The notes under the pieces are model-generated. The model worked only from the letters and a program-made list of their open reading frames with translations. It ran no database searches and was not told the origin of the DNA. Both the position numbers and the translations under genes were made by a program. A stretch of DNA of 50,307 nt, counting the filler, from Bipalium vagum (lineage: Eukaryota), in assembly GCA_037834085.1 (NCBI GenBank). It is 3 parts of 3 records of this genome, joined end to end, with 100 filler letters (N's around TTAATTAATTAA, not from the genome) between each part and the next. Parts side by side here need not be neighbours in the genome. Positions count along the whole stretch, not along the records: positions 1 to 16,163 come from JBBMKC010124215.1; 2 more parts are not named here. One strand, 5' to 3'. This document shows, piece by piece, positions 1 to 13,600 of the stretch. Numbering within the stretch: position 1 is the stretch's first letter; the number at the start of each line of letters is the position of its first letter.

Positions 1-208
1 CTCAAAGTTGGCACTATTTAAAGAATTCAAAAAGGTATCTGTGTTATTATTACTAATGTTATTATTATTATTATTATCGTTCGAGACATCTTTGAATTCT
101 GGCGGGTTCGACTTTTCAGCGTCGGCTATGGGTTCACCCATCTTTTCGGTGGGTTGAGTCTCATACTGATTTTCGCTTAGTGTAAGCAAATTATTATATT
201 CACAAATT
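1..208 (-). CDS. Candidate coding exon of an unidentified gene running off the window start
   Basis: After a tttAG acceptor (209-210) a stop-free frame reads ICEYNNLLTLSENQYETQPTEKMGEPIADAEKSNPPEFKDVSNDNNNNNNISNNNTDTFLNSLNSANFE to position 1; GC is higher than the flanks; no family recognised. Confidence 0.35.
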
Positions 209-978
209 CTAAATAATCTATTTTTAAAAAATTAACTTGCTTTACTTTATCTAATAAAGATGTTTTGAATTTTTTGTACTTAATTATAAAACTATATCTC
301 ACTTTACCCAATAAAATCAACCTTATGTATTATAATTGGATTGATTCTAACCGAAATAATAAAAACAATTTTAATTAGACTTAAGTCGAAGATTTTTATT
401 ATTCTTTAGTCTTCAAATAGATTGACAAAATATATCATACATGATCTTGCAAAATTCAAATAGAGAAACTATATTAATAAACTTTAATTTCTGTTGCAAT
501 TTTAATCACGTTAACTTTTAATTAAATAAAAGTATATAATCGTAATTAACTTAATTTCCTTCAAAACTTTCACACTGAAACTTGATTCGTTATTGTAACC
601 ATATTCAACATCCAGAATTGAAAATTTAAAATTTTCAAATTCAAGTAATAGACTAAAACCTATCAATCAATTTTTTTAAAAAATTTCGTTGCATGTTTCA
701 AGTGGCAATTGAAAAACGTAAACATACATAAACATTAGACCAGAAAAAGAAATTAATAAAGCATTTTATTTAGTTAAAACATACTTAAAATACATAAACC
801 CGACAATTTAATTTCATCTAAAAACCACAATTAACACAGTTCATGTAAAAATGAACCATTCGCATATTATATTTCTGTGACTGAAAAAACCATTACTTAT
901 TCTAAAAATCAAATAAGACTATCCTTTTATTGTTGCTAATAACAAAAAATCATACGCTTTTATAAAAAGAGAACATAA

Positions 979-1438
979 TTAATTCGTCTGAGATGAGAAT
1001 GATTTCAAATATTTAGCTCTGTGACGAAAGGAATAAAATGATGGATGATTACCGACAATGTCCCAAGTTCTAAAAAATGAATAACAAAACAATAATTAGC
1101 TTCATCATAAATACTTATCAACGAAATCAGCTGTAGCTTTAATTTCCTTGAAATCTCCGCATACATAAACGGTGCCAATACAGCACATAACAAAGGCCAA
1201 CAAGCTTTGAATCAATAACTAAACGAAAATAATTAGGTTATATCTGATGGAAAATTAAAAAATACATCGCTGGGCAAACTATGAAAGTTCTGTTCAGTTA
1301 AACGAAGATATGATCGGTCTAAATATCAAAAAATTTAATAACTAAAAAATATATTAATTTACGTTGAACAGCAGAAAATGCGGCATGGAAAAGAATGATT
1401 AAGCCAATTATTAATATTATTTTACCATTTGTCATCAT
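979..1438 (-). CDS. EMC5: ER membrane protein complex subunit 5 / membrane magnesium transporter 1, 107 aa; exons 1438-1363, 1318-1266, 1218-1115, 1069-979
   Basis: Spliced product MMTNGKIILIIGLIILFHAAFSAVQHRSYLRLTEQNFHSLPSDLLIQSLLAFVMCCIGTVYVCGDFKEIKATADFVDKTWDIVGNHPSFYSFRHRAKYLKSFSSQTN has the HAAFSAxQHRSYxRLTE and NHPSFYxFxHR motifs of MMGT1/EMC5; GT-AG introns of 44, 47 and 45 nt keep the frame. Confidence 0.93.
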
Positions 1439-4378
1439 GACATAATAAAATATTTAAACTGTTGTACAAGAATAATTTTTAAAACAAAGTATATTTTAAA
1501 ATTATATTTATTTATTAAATAAATTTATTTAATATTTAAATGTTATTAAGTATATAATAATTTTGAAATTTTGATAAACAAAAAATAATTAATTAATATT
1601 CCTTAAATAAATTTAATTTTAATCAAATTATATTATAAGTAATTACTTCAACTATTCTCAAACTAAGGCCATTTGCAGCAATGTAATAGAAAATAAAATA
1701 TTTATAAATCTGATTTACTAAATTTCTAATCTTTAATGAATAATAAATTTTTAAAATATTGATGAATTCGATTTTCACCCTATATAATTGTATAATATAA
1801 TTGTCATTAATTTTTTTTATTATGAAATTTACACATACTCCTTATTTTTGGTTTGGTTTTGTTAATTCCGATTTCTATTTAAAACCTTTTTAATTTATAA
1901 CCACAAATTTTCATTCTTTCATTTCGTTCATTTTTATTCTTATTATAACTTATGACAGAGATATTAGATAAATTTCGTAAATTCTGTTTTGTCGAGTCAT
2001 AAGTAATTCTAACAATATTACAGCCTTAATATTAAAATATAAAATAATTTTTCAACTACTCAAATCACTTTTATCCTGCATTTTGATAAACAAAACGTGA
2101 TAAACTGAAATTTCTCAACGATTTTTTTATATATATTTGTAATTGGTAGCATTCTCAGATGATCATTAATCAGAGCGAATAGAAGGTACATTATGAATCT
2201 ATATGGGTGTATTCTAAAGGGGGTTTTGGTCTGAATATGGATTCCGTTCTCAGTATGGAGCTTTACTATCATCCATCGATGAATCATCGGAATCATAATT
2301 CTGCATAATTTAATTTTTTATTCTTTTTTTAAAAAAGACACTTTTATTTTGAATTACTTATTAAAATTATTAATTGAATATTCCACATGCTTATTCATTT
2401 TCATATACCAAAATTAATTTCGAACTCTTTCATCCGGAGATTAAACATAACTATGTTAAGCAAAATATAGCCAAACTAAAATGAATATAAACATAAAATT
2501 AAAGGTGATTAAAAATTATCTAAGTGAGCTTAATTCCAAATTTACTTACTTTTAATTCCTTATAATTGATTCTTAATGCCTTTATTTACAATTTTGTTTT
2601 GTGAGTCCCTAAGAGTCTTTATATGTTTCATTTTCTGAATTCATATCTCCATCTTTTCTTTGGGTGTATCATCCAATTTTTGTTATAGCCTGTTCACCTT
2701 AATTGATATTTGTTATTTAATGAACTTCTCTTATTTTATCTCATCCATTAAATTTTTAAAGAATATTTACATAAATTAAAAGCTTTAAGACAATTAAAGG
2801 CCTCTATTCAGAGAAAGCAACGTTAAACTGAAAGAGTTGAAAAAGAGACATCATCAAAACAATTAAAAAGGTTGCTTTATAGTAAAGTCACCTAAAAGTT
2901 ATGGATAACCTGAGAATTGAGAAAGACTACCCTGCAATCCAAATTTTATGTTTAAAAAATGTTTTGAAGTATGTTTTTTATTTCTTTAGCAAAATATGAA
3001 TAGCACACATAAAAGTACAAGAACTTAATATAACTTCACACAATGGAGAAAGCAGTTCACTAAAGAATTGATGAAAAATTGCAGTACCGAACATGGTTGT
3101 CGAATCTCCAACAAGGGATTTTCGTTTTTGAAGAATTTGTCTCTTTCTCTAAGTTATAAATTAAGAAAAAAGCTGTTGCTGCAATTTTTTCAAACAGGAT
3201 CTGTATCCATTGAATCAATGACAGCGGAATTCTATACTAATGGGATAAATCAACTTATTTCCATTGGCAAATGTATAACCATAATTTTTTTTAAGATAAA
3301 GATTGACTTTTTTGTTTACATACTTTTGTTTCACTATACGTGTGAAATTTAAAGTTCTTATATTTTGTGTGCAGACAATTATTATTGATAATTTTACAGG
3401 TGACTTAAAAAAACAGAATTATTTTTATTTTTCATTTTATTTAAGTGACATGAAGCACACCAGCATAACTACATGATATAATTGAATAAATATGAAGATG
3501 ATTAATATTTCACCAATGTTATATGTTAGTAAATATGAAAATATAGTAAAAATATCAGAAGTAACTTGTGGGAAAGTTAAGAAAATAAATGATTTTTTGA
3601 CAAAAATATTGATTAATTTAATGATTATTTTTATTACACAAAATTTAATGAATTAAGATCTCCACATAGTTTTATTTTTTTTCAGTTAAAATTCTCACAT
3701 TAGCACACCTATTTTAAAATTAAATTAAGTTCTTAAACATAGATCTTTTTAAATGATTATGGAAAAGATTTCTATAAAATTCAGTAAAAATAAAGATAAT
3801 TTCAAAAGAGATAATATCAAAGAATTTTGGAAATAAGTAATTTGTTTTCAAAAATGCTTTTCCTGAAAAATTACGAGGATTTAAAGTCATTTTTATGATA
3901 TTATATTCAAAGATTGTCTAAAGCAGTATAAATGAGATCTATTTTACATGCAAAAATAAAAAAAAATTTCTCATAAAACATATTCAAATTAATATAAGTT
4001 AACTTTTAAATAATGTCATTAATACTTAATAAAATTAAATATTTTACAATTCTATTAGTTTTGTTTATTTAATTTTAATGTTTAAATTTTGCATAAACAA
4101 TTAATAGCAAACTTTTTTCATAAAAGATTTGTTTTCTAAAATTATTTTTTTTCGGTAAGTCTAATAATTTTAAATAATTTTTTGTAACACGTCACAAAAT
4201 CGAAAACGATAAAAGATTTATGATTTTAATAAGTTCAAAACCATGTTAAAATCTTTATTTTGTGTTTAAATTTTTTAATTGTATATCTTCATTCGTAATA
4301 TGTAAATACATGGCCGTCTATAATTTTTCAATTTTTTTATTTTAGTAATATGACAATATTGTTATTGTCCACATTTTA

Positions 4379-7300
4379 ATGGCTAATCAAAATCAGATTC
4401 CTATAGGAAATTCCGGATCGTTAGAAGATTGTCATACCAATTTATATGCACTGGTTAGTTTTTTTTCTGACAAAATATTTTTCTTTTTTATAAAAGCAAA
4501 AATTGATTTGAAATTAATTTAATGATTTATGTATGTTAGACCGATATCGCTGGAATACAATATGGGAAATTTATTTCATATAAAGAGGGTTACGTTAATT
4601 CATTGGACGATCCAATTTTGGTGATGTACACGAAATGTTTGAATGCTGGTATTTTATGTTCATGGAACAGAGCGAAAAAGGACGAAAAAAGCAATCTGTC
4701 AGACATCAATGGATTTATCAGAGAATTGTGGGTGTTTTGGTACGATGGTAACGATCCATTCTCGTCGAAAAACATCACCATACCGAATTGTTTGCGAGAA
4801 GAGGAAAAGGGCAACTGGAAAAACGGTCTAACTTACGAGATCCGATCGATTCTCTTCAAGGCTCTTAACATTCATTTCGAACGCTACTTTCTTAGCAAGG
4901 GGTTCATGCGAATGGGTCCATGGATACAGATGCCTTACAAGCCGAACAAGCACAGCGAGAGCCAGTACGGCTTCAATCTCAAATTTTTTCTGCACGGTGA
5001 GAGCACGATTTGCGGCGCGATTGACGTGCGTAACGTGTCTATGATGAGGCAGATAGTGATGAAAGACATTGTAAATTGCACCAATCAAACGAAAATCGAA
5101 GTCATCCTGGCACCGTATGCTGTCCGTGCCTTTTTGACGGGACATTATTTCAAAGACGACGACCCGCACATCAAGCAGCTTTACGAGGATTGGCTGAAAT
5201 ATTATCCGTTGGTCTTCTCGCAGAACTCGTCGTCCGTCTCGGGTAGTGGGAAGCGAGGCTGTCAAGATAATGTAGCACCGAGTGACAACAACCCACCGAA
5301 ATTCGTGGAAATAATCACTGGAAATTGCAAAATGAAATATCCCTCCTGTCTTGTGTGTATTCGTATTGATCTGGACAAAGAGCCCGGTCCCAGCTGCGCG
5401 TTATCGAGGCGATTGTCACAAAAGGAAAATCGTAAACGTCGATTCACTAAAATGGAAGTGCCCGATGGAAATTTGTTCTCGTTTGTCGCTCGGCGGTTCA
5501 GTGATCGAATTCTCAAAGACACTATGGTTCCGTTGACCAACAAAGTTCACAAGGAATCGGCCAATGTTGACAAAATCAAATCCAAGACTACATTGAAACC
5601 GTGGAAGTATTCCAACCCATTCTGTCACGCTCAGTGTTGTTGCACCCGGTTCCAGGACTGCGGAAAAGCGTCCAACCAATCCGCTCAAGAGAACCATGAC
5701 GACGTGATCAATAACGTCGGTAAAAGTTTATCGAAAACATTCCATCAACGATTGCTAAATCTTGAAATTCCATTCACAAAAACTCTTCCACTAGACAATG
5801 GTAACAACCAGTCGGATTTAGGTGTTGGCGCCAACAACAAAATGATACCACCTTCCAAAATCGATAGCAGTTGTGATCGGTGCAATTCCCCTGTCAACAT
5901 GCAGTCCAGTATCCAGCCAAATGACCCCATCATGCCAACTCTCAGTCCCCAGCTTCCAGCAACGTCAGATTCATCGTTCTCGTTGCAGTTCAATGTCATT
6001 TCATCCTCATCTTCGTCCTCTTCCTCCTCGTGTACCTCGTCTAATCAATCCAACCAGTCCAATCAATTGATGTCATCCACCAACATCGGTGGTAACGGGA
6101 ACAGCAATATGGTAACAGGTCCAATCAATAGTACAATCAATAAACCCACCTGCGTCACAGATCCGTTGCTTAAGCCATCGGACGTTGTGAGTGTTGTTCA
6201 TAATAACAATAGCAACATTATCAGCAACATCAACAATACCAATTTCATATCATCACACTTATCCGATTTGAAAACCAATGCCAATCGACCGTGCGTCGTG
6301 ACCAATTCGATTTTGAATGGGGGTCCAATCAGTTCTCGGACGCCTCCTCCGCCATCGATCACACCGAGCTCAATGCTTCCCCACAATGTACAGCCGATTA
6401 AATTGGAAGCCACCATTTGTCACAGTAACGATTTTTCGGGACCACAAACGGTCAAGTCGGAGTTATCTGAATCGATTGTCGATAAAAAATCAGTGAGTTC
6501 TTTATATTAAAATCGATAATTATCATTTTTTTTTGGTTGACTTAAAAAAATTGATAATCGACTTTTTATTGAATTACTGATTTTGTTGGTTAAAATAGAA
6601 ATATATCGAACTCTTTTGTCTGATTATATTGTTTTTTAATTGATTGAGATATATGCAATTTAAAAATTGATATTCATCGAGTTTTTGGTGCATATTTTAT
6701 ACAACTTCTTTATCTGATATTTGTGATTTTTTATTTTGAAATCCAAAATCGAAATATAGAAACGACGACGAAGACTTAAAAAGACAACCGAAACACCGAT
6801 CTTTGTATCATGAATTGTGAAATTGATTTTTCACAATTCATTAATTAAATCTCGAAATTTTTTTCGAAAAAGAGTTGTTATTAGTATTTTCATTATTTTA
6901 TTGATTATTCAACTTTTTTTCTGTGGAGCTACTCGAACAGTTGAGCGACGGAACTAATGACATTCAAATTTCATGTTTTTCTCTTTAAAACTCGGCAATA
7001 CTCGAGTTTCTTCGTGGTTTTTCGTTCGTTTATTATTGATTTTCTGAAAGAATTAACTTTGTGAAATCGTTGCCAGAAAACATTTCGGTTTGTTTGATGA
7101 TTCGTTGATTTTTGGGAAAATGATGTGTAAGAGGAAATTGATATTGTGGCAACGTTATTGTCATTTGGTGATCGATAATTAAATCAATATTTTTTGGATT
7201 TGAACAAAATATATAAAAAACCACCATTAAAAGAGTTTCCAAAAGATTATTTTTAATAAATGTTGATTAAAGTAATCTACATTTGGAAAAATAATTTTTT

Positions 7301-10300
7301 TCCGTGGCGATTTGTTTTATTCAAAAATTTATAACTTAAAAAACTCTGATCGTCTTATAGAAAATCAATATCTGGCTATTTCTTAATATTGGAAGTTAAA
7401 TGATTTATGAAAGTGCTTTTTGAAATTTTTAATTCATTAGACTATTTTTCATCTATATATAGATTAATAATTTAAACGATATTCTTAAATATCAAAATGA
7501 TGGGTGTTGTTATATCGATGATTTTAATGTAAAGAAAATCGATTTATGTACTTTAACAAAATGGCTCTCACAATTATCTGACAAATCAACAATATTTATA
7601 CAAAAAACTAACACAATCATTGCCGGTAGCATTGGTTAAATATCGATTTGTATTCTTTTTGATTTCCTACAGGTTTTCAACGCACTGTTTTCTACATTCA
7701 CAAACTTTTTTCAAATTACACGAGAGTTCCCAATGATTGATTGACGCGCTTATGAAAAAAATTATTTTTAAAATGTGTCAATCACTGGGTCCCCTCGGCA
7801 CACTTGACTGATAGTCGGTTTCAAGCTTACTATTAGATCTCATTTCCAGGTCTTGCGATGTCTCTGATACCATAAGTAATAAAAACTTTAAAATTCACGA
7901 GGGAACATTTTTTAAAATTACGAAACTATTGGACACTGACAATTGATAATAAAAAAATAATATTATTTATTTTCATTTGATATTCATTCTTCATATTTTT
8001 AATTTTCTTGAAATCCGAAAAACGTGTGAAAATAATTTATCGACCTGGGAATTTTTATTGGCCTCAAAGTGCTCCTAATTACACTTTGATGCGAATATCA
8101 AGTCATCTTTGTTAATGTTTAATCATTAAGTTTTTTGAGATTTTTATTCAAATAAAGTTTTCATTCTCTTTCTCGTTTTTAAACTGTCATTTTTAGTTAC
8201 CATTTTTATCTCTGACCTTCGTTAGTTCTAAATTATATCACGAAAACCGATAATCATTTAGATTTTTTTACTGTGTATTGATCGTATAGATTCTCTGACA
8301 TTTTTCTTATCTGATAGTGTTTTTTCGGCAAAATGGCCTATAATTCTTCTCTGATTTTTAAATTGATAATTTTTAATCGATATTCTTCGGAGATTGAATC
8401 ATTTCAATTGTTTTTTCTAATTAATTTCTCATCAAATCTACGAGAACTTCTTTAAAGCAAGACCTGTTACGATTATGATAATTCCAATTTTGAGTCCAAG
8501 TACTTAATTGATTTTCTGCACATTGATTTTGAATAGTAATAATACTGAAGGAAATTTTTCTTCCTTGAAAGTGTTGATTTATTAAAATTGGTTTTTTCAT
8601 TGATGAAATGATAAAACATATCTTATAAATTATAGAACATATCTCTGGAATTATTAAGAATCAATAAATTAAGATTATTAAATTAAAAAAATTACTAATT
8701 CATTAAGAAAAAGAACCGTTCATTCAATTTATCACGTTTCACAATCAACAATTTAGGTCGATTCTCTTCCACTCGGTATTGAAATCAATGAGAAACCGAT
8801 TCATTCAAATTCAGTCATTACAAACATCAATGTAAGCAATAAGAACTTGTTTTTGCACAAAAAACCGGTTCACAATGCACAATCTTGTGATAACATATCA
8901 GACATTACTTTGTTTCCTCCGTTGGCGAACAATTTCCAAACCAATGATATTTTGGGCTCCATGAATACCGAAACCGAAGTCAATTACGGTTTGAACAAAG
9001 AAAAGATCTATCAAGATGCATTGATCAACAACAAATGGTTGATGTTCAAGTCGTATGAGAACTCCACTATCGACGGGTAATGTACTACTCTGCCTTCTCA
9101 TTTTTGTATTATTTGTGGTTTTTTAATTGTGCTTTTTGTTTCCAGGAGTCCTGTAGCCAAGCGGTTGAAACATTTTATTAATCACAATCGGAACTTATTC
9201 AACAATAACAATTTTTACAACAATTCCACGACAATTATTGATTTCCCATCTCAAAATGTGGATAGCTCAAATTCGAAATCAAATCCAAATAGTTTGAATT
9301 CAACGAAGAACTTCAACATGTACAGTTCCATCGCAAACGAGAAAAGTAAACTTTTTTGTTGTGACTGGTTTTCATTTATCATTTCTTTTTTTATATTGAT
9401 TTTTCCACGAGAAAAATGAAAAAATAAATTTATCTTATTTAAACGAGAAATATTTTGAAACATTTTGTCGAGATGTTATTAATAATTTTATTTCAGACGA
9501 GCAGAACTCTGTTATTCCGGATCAGATTTTCGATGATTCCGATGAAGAAGACAATTTGAAAGTCGAAAGCACTTTAAGAACCGAAATGCAATCATCAAAT
9601 TCTTACAGAATCAATAACGGTGTCAATAATAGCAACAACAACAACAATAATGGTAATAATAACGAGAGAATGCTTTCACCTAACAGTGCACAACTGAAAC
9701 TTTTTCGATCCAATCCCTTTGGAAAGGTATTATTTAATTGTGTTGTCTTTACAAAATCAATAAATAATAATATAAATTAGGATAATCATAATACTAATAA
9801 TTATTACTAAAAATCATTAAATAATAAGAATAATATATAATAAATATAATAATCTAAAATTATTTGCAATCAATAATTAAGTTAACTTAATTTTTTAATA
9901 ATAAATAAATAAAATTTGAAAAAAATTATAATTTAAATCGTTAAAAATCAATATTTATTATAAATTCTTAACACATGATAATCTTTCAGTAAATGAGGTA
10001 TTTATATATTGATTGTCGATAAGGAATTTTTTATAATCAAAATATTATAATGATAAATCGTTTTCTCTCGTTCAATTATATCAAAATATTGATTTTCAAT
10101 CGTCTTATTGTTGTGCAATAGATGTAAAATTATGTATTAATACCATTCTATGTTCATATATGTATATATAAATATAAATAAGAAATGTGTTCATCATTAT
10201 TGTTATATGTAATTTGTTGTTGAAAGTAAATTAATAATCTCTGTCCATCTCTCTCTCTCTCGTACTATACGTCAACGATTAAGACAGCGACAGCGACAGC

Positions 10301-10610
10301 GATAACGATAACGACAACGATGACAACATTTCGGTTCAATTCTATGTTTATGTTAGAATAAATTTTACAATAAAAAAGTATCATTCCTCACTGATGCTTT
10401 GGAAGTACAAGATGTTTATTTATTGTTCTGTCACACTCTGAATGTCACAAGTTATCGTCTCAATGCAATTCTTATTACTTTAATATATTTAAATCGCGCA
10501 TGGCACAGAGTCACTGTTTCTCGAAAATGGTGATGGGTAATTGATTTAGACAGAAGTACTTTAATTTGTCGATAGGCATTGTGTCAATTCAAAATTAATA
10601 ATCTACATAC

Positions 10611-10666
<56 letters not shown>

Positions 10667-13600
10667 ACGATTCCAAAAATTTGATAAAAACTCAGGTATA
10701 TTTTCAGTCAATACTAAGAAACACGTTTATTAAAAGTCAATTATTAGTTATATTTGAAATGAAAACCTATAATCCTGATATTAATCAATAAATTATTAAT
10801 ATTCTTAAAATATAATGAAGTTAATGAAAAAAGAAGAAAATGTGTGAGATGAATTGTGTCACATTCATGTCATTATTATCAAAGTGTATTTTATCTAAAA
10901 TTTAATTAATATAACAGAGATTTGATTATATTGGAAATAATTATGTTTTCTAATAATGGAAAGTTATACCAAATCTTTTTTAATTAATATTTTCTTACTG
11001 GAAAAGTTTTGTATAGGAATGAAATTATCGATTAAGAATTTTTTTGGAACAGGTTTCGATAGAATTTTTGAAATTAATGTAATCTTGTCTGGTCTATAAA
11101 TGGTCTGCAAATATTTATTCCAAAGAAAAATGATAAAAAATGGTTTGTGAATATTTTTCATAAAATATCAAATTTTCATTTCAATGTTTTTAAATGTAAT
11201 TTTTTTATTTTTCAGTTAAAATATTTATTCAGTGCCAAACGAATCAATAAAATCGTAATTTACAAGTATTTAAAAAACATTTAAAAAAGTGGAAATAAAT
11301 TAAAATTTCAAAATTGAATTTTCATAATTATCGAAACAAACAATAATACAAATAATAATAATAGTCAATAATAAAATTGAAATTAAATAGACCCCAGCTT
11401 AAATATCAAAATAAAAATTATTAATTACGAGAATAAATCATTAAAATAATGTAAATATATTTCTTAATTTATCAAAAATGATCAGAATATAATTAAAAAA
11501 TTTAAATCAATGGTTTTTAAAAAATTCATTGTTGATCTTTTCCAATGAAAGACAGAGACTGAGACCTAATCTTATAAACAATACAATGATCAATTATCGA
11601 TTGTCTTATTAGGTGAGAGAGTGATCGTCAATTTCTGTAAACCAATTCATATAATAAATATTCAATTCAGAACGCGCACTAAAATTTTTAAACTTTGACC
11701 CTTATGTTCAGTTTTCGGGCACTAGTCTGTACAGTAGTTCCGGATCTGGATCCATAAGTGCCGTTGAGTTATCACTGATGTATCCAACGCCGCCGTCACT
11801 CGAAGGCACACTGACTTCAGTGGGCAGTCCAGCCGAAAGGCAATCGGCAAACTCTCAAATTCGTAACTCAAATCTCCGAAGCTCGGAATACAATCATTCG
11901 GAATCGGTGCTGAATCCCTTGTCGATCAACTGTCAAAATTGGGAAGAAATGGACAAGGTGATTTATTGATTATTGAGACATAACCACCTTTTTCGTTTAA
12001 ATGTATATAGATTATTTATTTATTGATTTCTCTTACCGACGTGTTTTATCTCATTAAAGTGTCCATATTGGTTTCATGCACAACCAAATCGAATTTATGG
12101 AAATTGTTCTTTAAATTTATTCCAAAGTCGATGTAACTGAAAAAAATCACAGCCGATAATAAATTGGCCTCATGACCATTTTTTCGATCGGTAAATATTA
12201 TCGATATAATCTAACGAAGAATTCCTTTTCCTTTTAATTTTCATCAGTTTTTCCTTTGACATGTGTAGAAATAATTAGTTTTTTTTGGGAATTTTTTGCA
12301 TTGTTGCCTGGCCAAGCATGACATTGAAAGAATTTTTGCTAAAAAACAAATTCACCGTGTTCATTGAAAAACTTACTGAAAAAAAGTATTTTGCCGAAAA
12401 AAGATATTTTCCTCGTTCTTTCTCTTTTTTGAAATTGATATATGTTATCGCTTACCCGTGGTGGTGTGGTGGTGGTGACATCGAAAATCGATTGTAGTTT
12501 TGTATCGTGTGGTCCAGACCAATGGAAGTTTGGATATCCACTCTGTGGTGGAATTATCATGGTGTTCTTTCTATGAGTAAGAAATGGGTTACTCTCTCTC
12601 TGGCGATACCGTTCTCGGTCGCTGTGCGCATCATAGTCAACTGTGAATCACACAAATTGGCTTCTAATCAATTCCTGTTAATCTCGTTACACCGAGCGAC
12701 GTCAATCACGATAAAAAGAAGTGATTGTGATAAAACAATCATATGCGATGAGAACTGAACATACGGGAGTTTTTAATCTCTATATTATTATTATTATTAT
12801 TAATATTAATAATAATAATAATAATAATATTACTATTATTAATTATTTTTATTAATTATTTTTATTATTATTATTAATTATTTTTTTATTATTATTATTA
12901 ATTATTTTTATTATTATTTGTTAAGAGGCTCTCATTCTCTTTTTCACTTTATGTCTGTTATTTTTGCTTATTTGAATTGTGTATTGTGTTCGTTGATTAC
13001 ACCTGTGTAGCACTTTTTTTCTGAAAAATTTAAACTATTTTTTTCAGTTAATTATTTTTGATTTTTCTTGAGGATGACTTGGAAAACATCAAAAACCAAG
13101 CTGTATTATCCAATTAGGACTTTTATCCATAAAATAAATAAAAATCAATATGAATAATTTTGGATTGGATGCTTATTATAAATAATTGAATATATTGGTT
13201 TTAAACTAAATATAAATTATTTCATTTTTTGAGAATTTATTGTTATCTTATATCGTATCTTTTCTTAAAAAAAGTTTAATGAGATAAATCCGGCCAAATA
13301 TTAAATTTTTTTGATCTGGTATAGTACAGAGTGATCGATAACAATTCCATTTTTAACAATAGTCGATTGATTAATTGATCATATACTTATCGTGGTTAAT
13401 ATATAGTTCATGTACTTTTAGGTCCCTAACTGTTTATGATGATTATTTATTTTTTCAGTCTATAATCCACGAAGTTTCAAATTAAAATTAAAAAATATAT
13501 ATTACAAAATATTCATTTTTTTTACATAAGGACAGTGGAACGTAAAGACCGGAATTAATTTTTTTACACATAAAAATCAGAACTTAATGTCATTGAAACA

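Noticed and set aside
2060-3352. ORFs at 2060-2296 and 3068-3352
   Set aside because: No recognisable motif and no consistent splice model; probably decayed repeats or chance ORFs
4590-6416. Multiple overlapping and antisense ORFs in the track
   Set aside because: Shadow frames of the GC-richer MED13 exon 2; the same applies to ORFs overlapping MAT and the lectin
10282-10330. GACAGC/GATAAC hexamer run as a possible coding or CRISPR-like repeat
   Set aside because: Simple degenerate microsatellite with no spacers and no exon boundaries
10579-10791. Poly-Ile ORF
   Set aside because: Translation of an (AAT)n microsatellite
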